In this document: in pieces, positions 40,027 to 49,561 of the stretch
Layout: each line of letters begins with the position of its first letter
Position numbering within the stretch: position 1 is the first letter of the stretch
The notes under the pieces: generated by a model
Seen by the model: only the letters and a program-made list of their open reading frames with translations
What the model was told of the DNA's origin: nothing
Databases searched by the model: none
Program-made: the position numbers and the translations under genes
From: an uncultured Candidatus Rokubacteria bacterium
GTDB lineage: Bacteria; Methylomirabilota; Methylomirabilia; Rokubacteriales; CSP1-6
Assembly (NCBI GenBank): GCA_963754315.1
Contig: CAVWFS010000007.1
Coordinates: 800,001-864,000 of the forward strand
Direction: 5' to 3'
DNA: 64,000 nt

Positions 40027-41241
40027 TTGCGGACACGGCAGATGGAGTGGAGGTGGGAGCGTGTCAGGTTGAAGCTGGTGGATGCGCGCCCCAGCGCGTG
40101 GCGCACGGTCGCCGCCGCCACCGCCCTCAATGCTCCCTTCGGCTCGCTCTATGCGTTCAGCGTGTTCTTGCAGCCGCTGGAGACCATGCTCGGGGTGGGC
40201 CGAGCCGATCTGGCTCTCGTCTTTGCTCTGGCCGCGTGCGGATTCGGCGCCGGAATGATCCTGGCTCCCACCGCCTACGGACTCGCCCCGACCCCGCTCG
40301 TGGTGCTGGTGTGTGCAAGCGCGAGTACTTTGGGCATCGGGCTCGCGGCGACGGCCAACGGCCTCGGCCAGCTCGCCATTGGGTACGGGCTCTTGTTCGG
40401 CACCGGTGGTGGTGCCGGCTACATCGTCGTGCAGCAGGTGGTGAACCAGGCCGTTGTGCAACGTCAGGGCCTGGTGAACGGGTACATCGTCAGCCTGTAC
40501 CCGGCGGGAGCAATGATCGCCGCTCCCCTTTTCGGCTGGTCCATACGCGCGTTCGGCGTTCGCGCCACGCTGGCCGGACTCGCGGCCGTGCTGGCCATCG
40601 CTGGGTCGATCAGCGCTTGGCTGATCACGCGTTCCGGTGTCACGCTGGCCAACACGACGGGATCCGTCATTCCGGACCACGCAGAGCGACGACGAGCGGT
40701 GTTCTGGCGGCTATGGATCGTCTTCTTCCTGGCGGCATCGGCCGGGCTCATGGTCCTCAGTCAGGCCGCCGGCATCATCAGTGCCTATGGCGGCGCCACG
40801 CCGCTCGCCGTGCTCGGCACGACGTTCATCACGGGCAGCGTTGCCGCCGCGCGTCTGGGAGGGGGGTGGATGGTGGACTGGCTCGCCATTCCCAGCGTGG
40901 CGGCCGGAGCGCATGCCATCGCGCTCGCGGGCAATGTGACACTCACACTCTTGCCCAGTCCCAGCGTCTCGATCCTCGCCCTGGCCCTCGTCGGACTGGG
41001 CTATGGCGTGATCTCCGGGGTCACCGCGGCCGCCATTGCCGTCTACTGGAGGCGCGCTCTCTACGGGTGGATGGCCAGTCGGCTCTACACGGCGTGGTGC
41101 GCGGCTGCCCTGATCCTGCCGATCGTGGCCGGCCGCCTCTTCGATCTGACCCAGGGCTACGCCGCCGCGATCCTGATCGCCGCCGGCGGCAATGCCCTGG
41201 GGATGCTCGTCGCGCTCGGGCTACCGCGCCAGCGCGGGTAG
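40027..41241 (+). CDS. MFS transporter (OFA-like); start uncertain
   Basis: About 12 hydrophobic segments, GSLYAFSVF, GRLFDLTQGY. Confidence 0.85.
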   Translation: MRTRQMEWRWERVRLKLVDARPSAWRTVAAATALNAPFGSLYAFSVFLQPLETMLGVGRADLALVFALAACGFGAGMILAPTAYGLAPTPLVVLVCASASTLGIGLAATANGLGQLAIGYGLLFGTGGGAGYIVVQQVVNQAVVQRQGLVNGYIVSLYPAGAMIAAPLFGWSIRAFGVRATLAGLAAVLAIAGSISAWLITRSGVTLANTTGSVIPDHAERRRAVFWRLWIVFFLAASAGLMVLSQAAGIISAYGGATPLAVLGTTFITGSVAAARLGGGWMVDWLAIPSVAAGAHAIALAGNVTLTLLPSPSVSILALALVGLGYGVISGVTAAAIAVYWRRALYGWMASRLYTAWCAAALILPIVAGRLFDLTQGYAAAILIAAGGNALGMLVALGLPRQRG

Positions 41242-41361
41242 CACGGCTCGCACCGACGTTCTCGGCGCCGGTACTTGGAGGTGGTGCGCGCGGGTTGACG
41301 TCCTATAATCACGGCAGGTCACCACCAATCGACACACGGCACCACGGCGAGGGGAAACGCG

Positions 41362-42324
41362 ATGGCCGTCATCCTGGGTACGGGCGAATATCGCTACGAG
41401 ATCGTCGACCACTGGGCGAAGTTGCCGCCCGGCCTGGAGTTCAACGCCGACGTGGCCGCAGTCGGCGTCGACAGACAGGATCGGGTGTACGCCTTCAATC
41501 GAGGTCAGCACCCGATGGTCGTGTTCGATCGCGACGGGAATTTCCTCCGTTCGTGGGGGGAAGGGCTGTTTCACCGCGCGCATGGCGTCCACATGGCGCC
41601 CGACGATTCCCTCTGGTTGACCGACGACGGCGACCACACCGTCCGCCACTGCACCTTGGAGGGCAAGGTGCTCGCCACCATCGGCGTGCCCGGCATGCCG
41701 AAGCCTTACATGAGCGGCGAGGCGTTTCATCGCTGCACGCACACGGCGCTGTCCCCCACGGGTGATCTCTATGTTTCCGACGGCTACGGCAACGCGCGCG
41801 TTCACAAGTTCTCCCCGGATGGCCGGCCGCTCCTTTCCTGGGGCGAGCCCGGTACCGACCCGGGCCAGTTCAACATTCCCCACAACATCTGCTGCGACGC
41901 CGACGGCTGGGTCTACGTGGCGGACCGCGAGAATCATCGCGTGCAGGTCTTCGACGGCGGCGGCCGCTACGAGGCGCAGTGGAACAACATGCACCGTCCG
42001 TCGGGCCTGTTCCTCGAGCGGGGCCCGCATCCGCGGTTCTACGTCGGCGAGATCGGCGGGGGCCTCGGTGTCAACTACGACATGCCCAACATCGGCCCGC
42101 GCATCAGCATCTACGATCCGCGCGGCAAGAACCTGGCGCGACTGGGCCACCGGCCGGCTGGCCTCGAGCCGGGCCAGTTCATGTCGCCGCACGGACTCGC
42201 CGTCGATTCACGCGGCGATATCTACGTCGGCGAGGTATCGTTCACCAACTGGCGCAACCGCTACGGACAGCAATCCCACCCGCCTGGGCTGCGCAGTCTT
42301 CAGAAGCTCGTCAAGGTGCGCTGA
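41362..42324 (+). CDS. NHL-repeat protein (peptidyl-alpha-hydroxyglycine lyase-like)
   Basis: YVSDGYGNARVHKF, GQFNIPH, YVADRENHRVQVFD, PHGLAVDSRGDIYV. Confidence 0.9.
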   Translation: MAVILGTGEYRYEIVDHWAKLPPGLEFNADVAAVGVDRQDRVYAFNRGQHPMVVFDRDGNFLRSWGEGLFHRAHGVHMAPDDSLWLTDDGDHTVRHCTLEGKVLATIGVPGMPKPYMSGEAFHRCTHTALSPTGDLYVSDGYGNARVHKFSPDGRPLLSWGEPGTDPGQFNIPHNICCDADGWVYVADRENHRVQVFDGGGRYEAQWNNMHRPSGLFLERGPHPRFYVGEIGGGLGVNYDMPNIGPRISIYDPRGKNLARLGHRPAGLEPGQFMSPHGLAVDSRGDIYVGEVSFTNWRNRYGQQSHPPGLRSLQKLVKVR

Positions 42325-42368
42325 GGGCGCCTGCCACATCAGACCCCGAGGCGCCGGTCGCGGGCGGC

Positions 42369-43424
42369 TCAGTGGCCGTGTCGGTGGTGGGCGTCCGGGT
42401 AGTGGGGATGGAGGTGGAGCGAGCGTGCGTGAGTGTGCGCGTGAGAATGCGGTTCGCCCCCGAGGTCCGCCTCGGCATGATCGTGCTGGTGGTGCCCGTC
42501 ATGGGCGTGGCGATGCTCATGGACGATGGTCGCGTGCGAATGCTCGTGCTCATGCCGCTCGGTCAGGTGTAGCCAGGCCCCGATGGCCATGCAGGCGGCG
42601 GCCACGAGGAGCTGGAGCGTCACCCGCTCTCCGAGTACGAGCACGGCCACCGTGGCCCCGAAGAACGGAGCCAGAGAGAAATATGCCGCCGTGCGCGCCG
42701 TGCCGAGCCAGCGCAGGGCGACCACGAAAAGCACGAGGCTCACCCCGTAACCGGCCGCTCCCACCACGGCAGCGCCGGCCAGGACATTCGGGGGCGGCCA
42801 CGACGCGCCGAGAGCGAGCGCGATGAGCACATTGACCGCCCCGGCACAACAGCCTTTGAGGAGGGCGATCCGGACGGGATCCGTGAGCGAGACCTTGCGC
42901 GTCAAGTTGTTGTCAACCGCCCAGCCCAGGCAGGCCCCCGCGATGGCCAAGGGCCCCAGCGCGCCACCGAGCGGGGCGACACCCTGCCAGGACAGCACGA
43001 TCGCGCCGGCCGTGATGACGGCCATGCCGAGGGCAATGCGGCGGTCGAAGGTCTCGCCGAAGACGAACCACGCGAGCAGCCCGGTCAGCACACCCTCGAG
43101 ATTGAGCAGAAGGGCGGCGCCAGCAGCCGGCGTGAGTCGAAGCCCACTCATGAGCAGGACGGGGCTGATCACGCCGCCGACGACGATCGCGGCGAGCAGC
43201 CACACCCACTCCTGTCCGTTGAGGGTTGCCTCTCCTGGCGCGCCGCTACCCAAGAGCCGACGTACTCCCTGCAGAACGGCGAGTCCGATCCCGGCCGCCG
43301 CGTACAGGAGGCCCGCGAGGAGCCAAGGGTCGAGATCGTTCAGCAGCACCTTGGCCAAGGGCGTGCTCGCGCCAAAGAGCGCTGCCGACAGCAAGGCCAC
43401 CATCGGCCCGAACGGCGCGCTCAT
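42369..43424 (-). CDS. DMT/EamA transporter with His-rich C-terminal tail
   Basis: LFGASTPLAK, DNNLTRK, tail HEHEHSH..HYPDAHHRHGH. Confidence 0.9.
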   Translation of the reverse strand: MSAPFGPMVALLSAALFGASTPLAKVLLNDLDPWLLAGLLYAAAGIGLAVLQGVRRLLGSGAPGEATLNGQEWVWLLAAIVVGGVISPVLLMSGLRLTPAAGAALLLNLEGVLTGLLAWFVFGETFDRRIALGMAVITAGAIVLSWQGVAPLGGALGPLAIAGACLGWAVDNNLTRKVSLTDPVRIALLKGCCAGAVNVLIALALGASWPPPNVLAGAAVVGAAGYGVSLVLFVVALRWLGTARTAAYFSLAPFFGATVAVLVLGERVTLQLLVAAACMAIGAWLHLTERHEHEHSHATIVHEHRHAHDGHHQHDHAEADLGGEPHSHAHTHARSLHLHPHYPDAHHRHGH

Positions 43425-43435
43425 GCGGGATCGAC

Positions 43436-44167
43436 CTACCACACGCTGCGAATCACGAGCCACATCCCGAGGACAGCCAGAAACCCGAGCACCGCCCGGT
43501 TGAAGGTTCGCTGGTCCAGGCGGTCCTGCACGCGCAGGCCAAGCGCAAAGCCGCCCAGCGCCGCCATGATCAACACGACCGAGAGGCCGAGCAAGGGCCA
43601 GGTCAGGAGCCCGTAGTACGTCACGGCGCCCAGCTGGACCAGCTTGTACACCACGAAGGTGAATGCCACCGCCGCCACGAAGTCGGGCTTCGGCAGGCCG
43701 AGGGCCTGAAAGTACATCACGAGGGGCGTCCCCGGCACGTTGGTGATGCCCCCGATGATTCCCACCACGAAGCCGACCAGCGGCGAGAACCAGGTCTCCC
43801 ACCGCGCCGGCACCCGCGGGGCGATGCCGGCCACATTCATGGTCACGAAGAGAACGATCACCGCACCCAGTACGAGCAGCGCGGTGTCAGGCGGCATCGT
43901 GGCGAGCAGCCGCGTGCCGAGCACGGTGCCAACCGCTCCGGCCACGAGCAACCCGGCGAAGCGCTGGACGATGGCGAGCGGTGCGCCGCGTCGGAGAAAC
44001 TGCAGGCCATCAAGGACGATATTCGGAACGATGAGGACGACCACGGCCGACTTGACCTCGACGACCAGACTCAAGAGCGGGGTCCCGAGCGTGGGAAACC
44101 CGAAGCCGATCGCTCCCTTGACGAAGGCCGCCAGCAAGACTGCGCCCGCGCCGAGCAGGAGCGCCAT
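43436..44167 (-). CDS. TauE/SafE-family membrane protein
   Basis: FVKGAIGFGFP, GGITNVPGTP; hydrophobic throughout. Confidence 0.85.
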   Translation of the reverse strand: MALLLGAGAVLLAAFVKGAIGFGFPTLGTPLLSLVVEVKSAVVVLIVPNIVLDGLQFLRRGAPLAIVQRFAGLLVAGAVGTVLGTRLLATMPPDTALLVLGAVIVLFVTMNVAGIAPRVPARWETWFSPLVGFVVGIIGGITNVPGTPLVMYFQALGLPKPDFVAAVAFTFVVYKLVQLGAVTYYGLLTWPLLGLSVVLIMAALGGFALGLRVQDRLDQRTFNRAVLGFLAVLGMWLVIRSVW

Positions 44168-44247
44168 CCGCCGAGGATAGCATCCGGCCTGGGCGCGCTC
44201 CCGTGCGGTATATAGTGCACGCAGTTCACGAGAGGAGGGCCATCGGC

Positions 44248-45015
44248 ATGGGACGGCTCAGTGGAAAGGTGGCGGCGGTCACGGGCGGGGCCTCCGGTAT
44301 CGGAGAGGCCACGACGCGGCTTTTCGCGGAGGAAGGAGCGCAGGTCGCCATCGCCGATCTGGACTTTGATCGGGGCCGGGCCGTCGCGGACGAGATTCGG
44401 GCCAAGGGTGGCGGCGCCCTCTTCGTCGAAACGCACACGGAGCGGGAAACCGAGGCGAGCCGCTTCGTCCAGCGGGCCCGGGACGAGTTTGGCCGGCTCG
44501 ACGTACTCGTCAACAACGCTGGCATGCGGCTCTACCAGACGGTCGTCGACGCGAGCGAGCAGAGCTGGGATGCGATTCTCGGCGTCAATCTGAAGGGCTA
44601 TGCCTTCTGCGCCAAGGCCGCCATTCCCCTGATGCGCGCCACCGGCGGCGGCAGCATCGTGAACGTCGCCTCCGTCCGCGCGGTGGTGGCCGGCGGCAAC
44701 ATGGCGCAGTACGACACGACAAAGGCCGCGGTGACCGGCCTCACCCGTGGGCTGGCCTGTGACCACGCCCGCGACGGCATCCGGGTCAACGCCGTGTGTC
44801 CCGGCCCGATCTTCACCCGCTTCCACGAGCGCCGCGCCACGTCAGCCGGCAAAACCTTCGAGGAGTTCAAGGCCGAGTTCGGGCGCGGCACCATGCTCCA
44901 GCGGCCGGGAATCCCGCGCGAGGTCGCTGCCTGCATCCTCTTCCTCGCCTCGGACGACGCCTCCTACGTTACCGGTACCTGCCTCTTCGTGGACGGCGGC
45001 CAGACCGCGATGTAG
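44248..45015 (+). CDS. Short-chain dehydrogenase/reductase
   Basis: TGGASGIG, NNAG, YDTTK, GIRVNAVCPG. Confidence 0.93.
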   Translation: MGRLSGKVAAVTGGASGIGEATTRLFAEEGAQVAIADLDFDRGRAVADEIRAKGGGALFVETHTERETEASRFVQRARDEFGRLDVLVNNAGMRLYQTVVDASEQSWDAILGVNLKGYAFCAKAAIPLMRATGGGSIVNVASVRAVVAGGNMAQYDTTKAAVTGLTRGLACDHARDGIRVNAVCPGPIFTRFHERRATSAGKTFEEFKAEFGRGTMLQRPGIPREVAACILFLASDDASYVTGTCLFVDGGQTAM

Positions 45016-45039
45016 CCCGCCGAGGCCTCGGCGGGCTAC
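45012..45039. repeat. Perfect 28-bp palindrome between convergent genes (bidirectional terminator or REP-like)
   Basis: GTAGCCCGCCGAGG|CCTCGGCGGGCTAC equals its own reverse complement. Confidence 0.8.
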
Positions 45040-45060
45040 CGTGATCTGCGGCGCGGGCGC

Positions 45061-46179
45061 CTACGCTAACCCGTAGAATCCCATCGCGCCGCCGGCCAGG
45101 ATGCCGCTGCGGGTGGCCTCGGAAAGCGCCGGACGCTTGGCGATCAAGGCGGGGGCGCCGGGGAAGAATCCGTCGGCGTGCGGGTAGTCGGTGGCCCAGA
45201 GGATCTTGTTCGGACCGATATAGTCGGCGAGCACGTCGAGGGCGCCCTCCACCGGCTCGAAGGAGATCCAGCAGTTACGTCTGAACAGATCGCTCGGGCG
45301 CGTCTTGAGGCCAGAGTCGTTGAAGCCCTGGTCGTCGAAGTGCCGATCCATCCGATCCAGCCACGGGGCAATCCAGCCGCCGCCGGACTCCAGGAAGCCA
45401 ATCCGGATCTGCGGGAAGCGCTCGCACACGCCACCCCAGATCACGCTCAGCGCCACCAGCATCATTTCCATGGTGTGGGAAATGATGTGACGGGCGCCGC
45501 GGCCCTCGAAACGGTCGACGCCGACGGTGGGCATGCCGCCCGACGAGCCCTCGTGGAAGCCGATGGAGAAATCGAGCGCCTGCGCCTCGGCCCAGAACGG
45601 GTCATGGTCAGGATGGCCCGCCATCCGTCCGTTGTAGGGGTTGGGCCTCAGGAAGCCTCCTTTCATCCCGAGGGTCTTACGGGCGAAGCGCATCTCCTCG
45701 ATGGCGAGGTCGATCGACTGCATGGGAAGCATGGCGATGCCGAAGAGGCGATCCGGGTACGGCTTGCAGTAGTCGGCCAGCCAGCGGTTGTAGGCGCGGC
45801 ACATCGCGGCCGCTAACTTCGGGTCCTTCACGGCTCCCGAGAACAGGCCGATGCTCGGATAGAGAAACGCCGCGTCGATGCCGTCGAGGTCCAGGTCCTT
45901 GATGCGCGCGTGCGGATCGAAGCCCCCGGGTCGCCCCTCCGCGTACTTCATCGTGTCGGCCGGGACCGATCCATCCCGAGCGCCTACGGCCCCGAGGCGT
46001 CCTAGCCCCTTGGGATTGCCGAGGATCTGGCCCTCCAGGAGCAGCCGCTCCTTGCCGTTATCGTCGAGGATCATCCGAGGAGCGCGCTCGCGGTAGGCGG
46101 GATCCATGTAGCGATCCCAGAGGTCGAGGGGCTCGAGGATGTGGCCGTCCGCGTCGATGATCTTGTACGTGCGCGTCAT
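45061..46179 (-). CDS. Amidohydrolase-2 family protein
   Basis: IIDADGHILEP, RAYNRWLADYC, FLESGGGW, WATDYPHAD. Confidence 0.92.
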   Translation of the reverse strand: MTRTYKIIDADGHILEPLDLWDRYMDPAYRERAPRMILDDNGKERLLLEGQILGNPKGLGRLGAVGARDGSVPADTMKYAEGRPGGFDPHARIKDLDLDGIDAAFLYPSIGLFSGAVKDPKLAAAMCRAYNRWLADYCKPYPDRLFGIAMLPMQSIDLAIEEMRFARKTLGMKGGFLRPNPYNGRMAGHPDHDPFWAEAQALDFSIGFHEGSSGGMPTVGVDRFEGRGARHIISHTMEMMLVALSVIWGGVCERFPQIRIGFLESGGGWIAPWLDRMDRHFDDQGFNDSGLKTRPSDLFRRNCWISFEPVEGALDVLADYIGPNKILWATDYPHADGFFPGAPALIAKRPALSEATRSGILAGGAMGFYGLA

Positions 46180-46214
46180 GGCTGGCCTCCTTGGTGAAGG
46201 ATGGGGAAGTCCGT

Positions 46215-47252
46215 CTACCGGCAGTGCGGTAGCACCTCTCTGGCGAACAACGTCATGGATTCCTTGACCGTGGTGTGCGGCATGAGCCCGCCCTGATTGA
46301 AATAGCAAATGAACTCGTCCATCTGGTATTCGCGGCGCAAGGCTTGCAGCCGCTGCACGCAATAGTCGGGGTCGCCGAAGACCGCCATCTCGCGATCGAC
46401 GTCCTCGTATCTGACCCGTTCGATTCGGGCCAGGACCTGCCGGAAAGCCTCGAAGCTCTTGATGTCCGCGTCGCCCAGCGGGCGGAGCCGCTCCCCTGCC
46501 TCTCGCAGGAAGTGCAGCAGGCTTCCTTCACACTCGTCCCGCGCCCGCGTCCGGCTCGCGGTGACGTGAACGGGGAAGGCCAGGGCAGCATCGCCTGGAA
46601 TCCCGGCCGCAAGCTTCGCCCGATACACCGACAGCCCTTCCTTCAGCTTGTCAGGGGGATTGATGAGCGGCGTGGCAAAGATGGGTAACCGGCGATCGGC
46701 CGCGAGGGGGAAGGTGTCCGGGCTATTCGCAGCAATTCGCACCGGCGGATGCGGCGTCTGCACGGGCTTTGGCACCACCGTCAGCTCGCGGGCCCGGAAG
46801 TACTTTCCCTCGAACGTGAACTTGTCCTGCGTCCAGGCCTGCAGGATGAAATCCAGGGATTCCTCGAAGCGTTCCCGGCTCTCTTCCTGGGGGACGTCGT
46901 ATCCCGCGTAGTGCACCGGAGCCGTGCCGCGTCCCACCCCGAACTCCAGGCGCCCGTCGCTCAGGATATCGGCGACGGCGGCCTCCTCGGCAATCTTCAC
47001 GGGGTTGTGCAGGGGCAGCAAGGTGACCGCCGTCCCCAGGCGAATGCGCGTCGTCCGCTGGGCAGCCGCGGCCAGCACCATCAGCGGATCAGCCAGGATC
47101 GAGAAGGGCCGGCTGAAGTGAAGCTCGCCGAGCCATACGGTGTCGAAGCCCAGCACTTCCCCGAGCTCGATCTGGGCCATGAGGTCCCGATATCGCTGGC
47201 GCTCGGAATCCGCGCCCGCGCACGGCAACTGATCGAAGAACCCGAAACGCAT
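46215..47252 (-). CDS. LLM-class flavin-dependent oxidoreductase
   Basis: GFDTVWLGELHF, PLHNPVKIAEE, PKPVQTPHPP. Confidence 0.92.
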   Translation of the reverse strand: MRFGFFDQLPCAGADSERQRYRDLMAQIELGEVLGFDTVWLGELHFSRPFSILADPLMVLAAAAQRTTRIRLGTAVTLLPLHNPVKIAEEAAVADILSDGRLEFGVGRGTAPVHYAGYDVPQEESRERFEESLDFILQAWTQDKFTFEGKYFRARELTVVPKPVQTPHPPVRIAANSPDTFPLAADRRLPIFATPLINPPDKLKEGLSVYRAKLAAGIPGDAALAFPVHVTASRTRARDECEGSLLHFLREAGERLRPLGDADIKSFEAFRQVLARIERVRYEDVDREMAVFGDPDYCVQRLQALRREYQMDEFICYFNQGGLMPHTTVKESMTLFAREVLPHCR

Positions 47253-47395
47253 AGCCGCCCCTCGACGGGGTCCCTCACGAGGCGGGCCGCCGTCATCGCA
47301 ACCCGGGATCAGTGCCACGCATGCTAGCGCGGATTCGCACAGCAGCGCAATTGTCGTGGATCTCGGCGCCGGACCGGTCGGGTGAGCGCGTCTGG

Positions 47396-48568
47396 CTAGC
47401 CGTCCCCGCTCGCGAACCACAGCCGCGGGTCGGCGGCGCGCACGCGCGCCTCCGGCAACCCCAGCTCGCGGCGGACGATATTGGTGCCCTCAACGAGCGC
47501 GACGCACTTGTAGTACGCGATGCGCCGGCTCAGCCCCTCCCGTCCGAAGCCGCAGTCGGTGGTGACGACGAGGCGCTCGGGCGCAATGTACTCCAGAGCC
47601 TTGCGAATGAGGCTGGCCACCTGCTCGGGCGGCTCCACGACCGTATTGCAGTGGCTGATCACGCCGATCCCGATCTTCTTGTCCGTAGGGTGCTTGGCGA
47701 AGAGCGGGAGATCCCGGCCGTTGGTGCTGGCGCACTCGAAGGTGATCACGTCGCCGTCGAGTCGGAGCAGATAGGGCAGCGCGCGCTCGTAGCTCGGCAC
47801 CTCCCAGTAGACGCGCTGCTGGTTCGGATTGCCCCAGCAGGTGTGCACCCAGATCTCGGCGTCGACGCCGACGCACTGGCGATTGAAGGCTTCGGTCAGG
47901 AATTCGAGATCGGCGTCGGTGCAGTCGGGGCGCGTGGTGCGCCCGTGGTGAGGTGGCTCCTCGATCTGGATGAGCGGACAGCCCGCCGCTGCCAGCTCGC
48001 GCAGCTCGGCGTTCATGATGTCGCACAGATCGTTGATGAGGGCCCGGTCGTCGCGGTAGTGCTCATCCCAGAGCATACCGGCCAGGGCCGGCCCACAGAT
48101 CGCGCCGAACTTCACGGGCCGGTCGGTGAGACGCTGGGCGATCTTCCACAACGCCGCATACTCGAGCGGTCCGCGCGTCAGCCTCTCGGTGACCACACCC
48201 GGTTGATAGGCTTCCTGCACCTCCCACAGGATGCGACCCGGGCGCAAGCCGTGCCGCTGCATCCAGCCGCGCGAGGTGTCGCGATGCCCCGTCACGCCGC
48301 CGAGTCGTTCGATCGGATAGAAGAACCACGACTTGCCACCCACGGCCAGATCGAACCGGCTGTCGCCGTCGGTGACGATGTCGAGGCCCGCCGCCTCCTG
48401 GGCGTTGATGATGCACGCGACGGCATCCAGGTACTGCTCACGGAAGAGTGAGTCGCCGAGGGCGGCCTTGAACGAGCGCCCGCGCAGGCTCTCGGTGAAC
48501 CAGAGGGGGCGCGGGTACGATCCGGTGATGGCCGTGGGCAGCATGAGATCCTGCGTGATCTTCAGCAT
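47396..48568 (-). CDS. Core (single-barrel) cobalamin-independent methionine synthase-like protein
   Basis: TGSYPRP, QEAAGLDIVTDG, IQIEEP, Zn ligands HTCWGN and TDCGFG. Confidence 0.88.
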   Translation of the reverse strand: MLKITQDLMLPTAITGSYPRPLWFTESLRGRSFKAALGDSLFREQYLDAVACIINAQEAAGLDIVTDGDSRFDLAVGGKSWFFYPIERLGGVTGHRDTSRGWMQRHGLRPGRILWEVQEAYQPGVVTERLTRGPLEYAALWKIAQRLTDRPVKFGAICGPALAGMLWDEHYRDDRALINDLCDIMNAELRELAAAGCPLIQIEEPPHHGRTTRPDCTDADLEFLTEAFNRQCVGVDAEIWVHTCWGNPNQQRVYWEVPSYERALPYLLRLDGDVITFECASTNGRDLPLFAKHPTDKKIGIGVISHCNTVVEPPEQVASLIRKALEYIAPERLVVTTDCGFGREGLSRRIAYYKCVALVEGTNIVRRELGLPEARVRAADPRLWFASGDG

Positions 48569-48586
48569 CGGATCGCCTCGCTTGGC

Positions 48587-49501
48587 CTAGCCCGGCAGCG
48601 CCCCGCGCGTCTTGGTGGCTAACCGGTACACGCTGGTGCGTGCGGTGAGAAAGAGGGCGCTCCCGTCCTCACCCCAGGCCAGGTTCGCGGGCAACTCCGG
48701 CAGCACAATGCGCCCGAGCAGCCCCCCATCCGAACGGCACACCCACACCCCGCCCGGGCCCGTGCAGAACACGTGTCCGTTCCGATCCACTTTGAGACCG
48801 TCGGGCACGCCGGGATCGGGCGAGGCCATGTCGAGGAGGATCCGACCATTGGTCAAGGTGCCATCCGGCCGCACGGTGAACGCCCGGATGTGCTTGTGAG
48901 CCGAGTCATCGATGTAGAGAACAGCCTCGTCAGGCGAGAAGGCGAGGCCGTTTGGCAAGGCAAAATCGTCCACTACCAGGTGCAAGCGTCCGTCAGGGTC
49001 AATGCGGTACACACCATGGCAGGGTTGTTCCTTGCCGGGGATGGGCTTCGCCCACCATCCCTCGGGGCGCGGCACCCCTGGTGTGCTCGGTTGGACGCCG
49101 TAGGGGGGGTCGGTGAAATAGATGGTGCCATCGGACTTGACCACCAGGTCGTTAGGGCTGTTGAGCCGCTTGCCCTGGAACTGCTCGGCCAAGACTGCGC
49201 GCCCGCCGTCGGCGGCGACGCGGGTCACGCGGCGGCCGTTGTGCTCGGCCGCGAGCACACGGCCCTGCCGATCGAGGGTCAGTCCATTGGACATCCCTTT
49301 CGCATACGTGGTCAGCTCGGGCCCCTCAGGCAGCCGACGCCAGCGTGCGATGCGCTGGTTCGGAATGTCGCTGAAGAGCAGCTCGCCGCCACGCCACACA
49401 GGCCCTTCGGTGAACGTCAGGCCCCCCGCAATGCGCTCGATGGGAGCGTCGGGGGCGATCAGGTCGTGCAGGCCGCGGTCGTGCACCTCCAGAGATGACA
49501 T
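48587..49501 (-). CDS. SMP-30/gluconolactonase family protein
   Basis: FTEGPVW, LNSPND, FTDPPYG, PNGLAFSPD, PDGLKVD. Confidence 0.93.
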   Translation of the reverse strand: MSSLEVHDRGLHDLIAPDAPIERIAGGLTFTEGPVWRGGELLFSDIPNQRIARWRRLPEGPELTTYAKGMSNGLTLDRQGRVLAAEHNGRRVTRVAADGGRAVLAEQFQGKRLNSPNDLVVKSDGTIYFTDPPYGVQPSTPGVPRPEGWWAKPIPGKEQPCHGVYRIDPDGRLHLVVDDFALPNGLAFSPDEAVLYIDDSAHKHIRAFTVRPDGTLTNGRILLDMASPDPGVPDGLKVDRNGHVFCTGPGGVWVCRSDGGLLGRIVLPELPANLAWGEDGSALFLTARTSVYRLATKTRGALPG

Positions 49502-49561
49502 GGCTTCTCCTCTTCCGCGTTCGCCCTGTTCAGGCGTGGCAGGATGATACGATCGCTGGCC

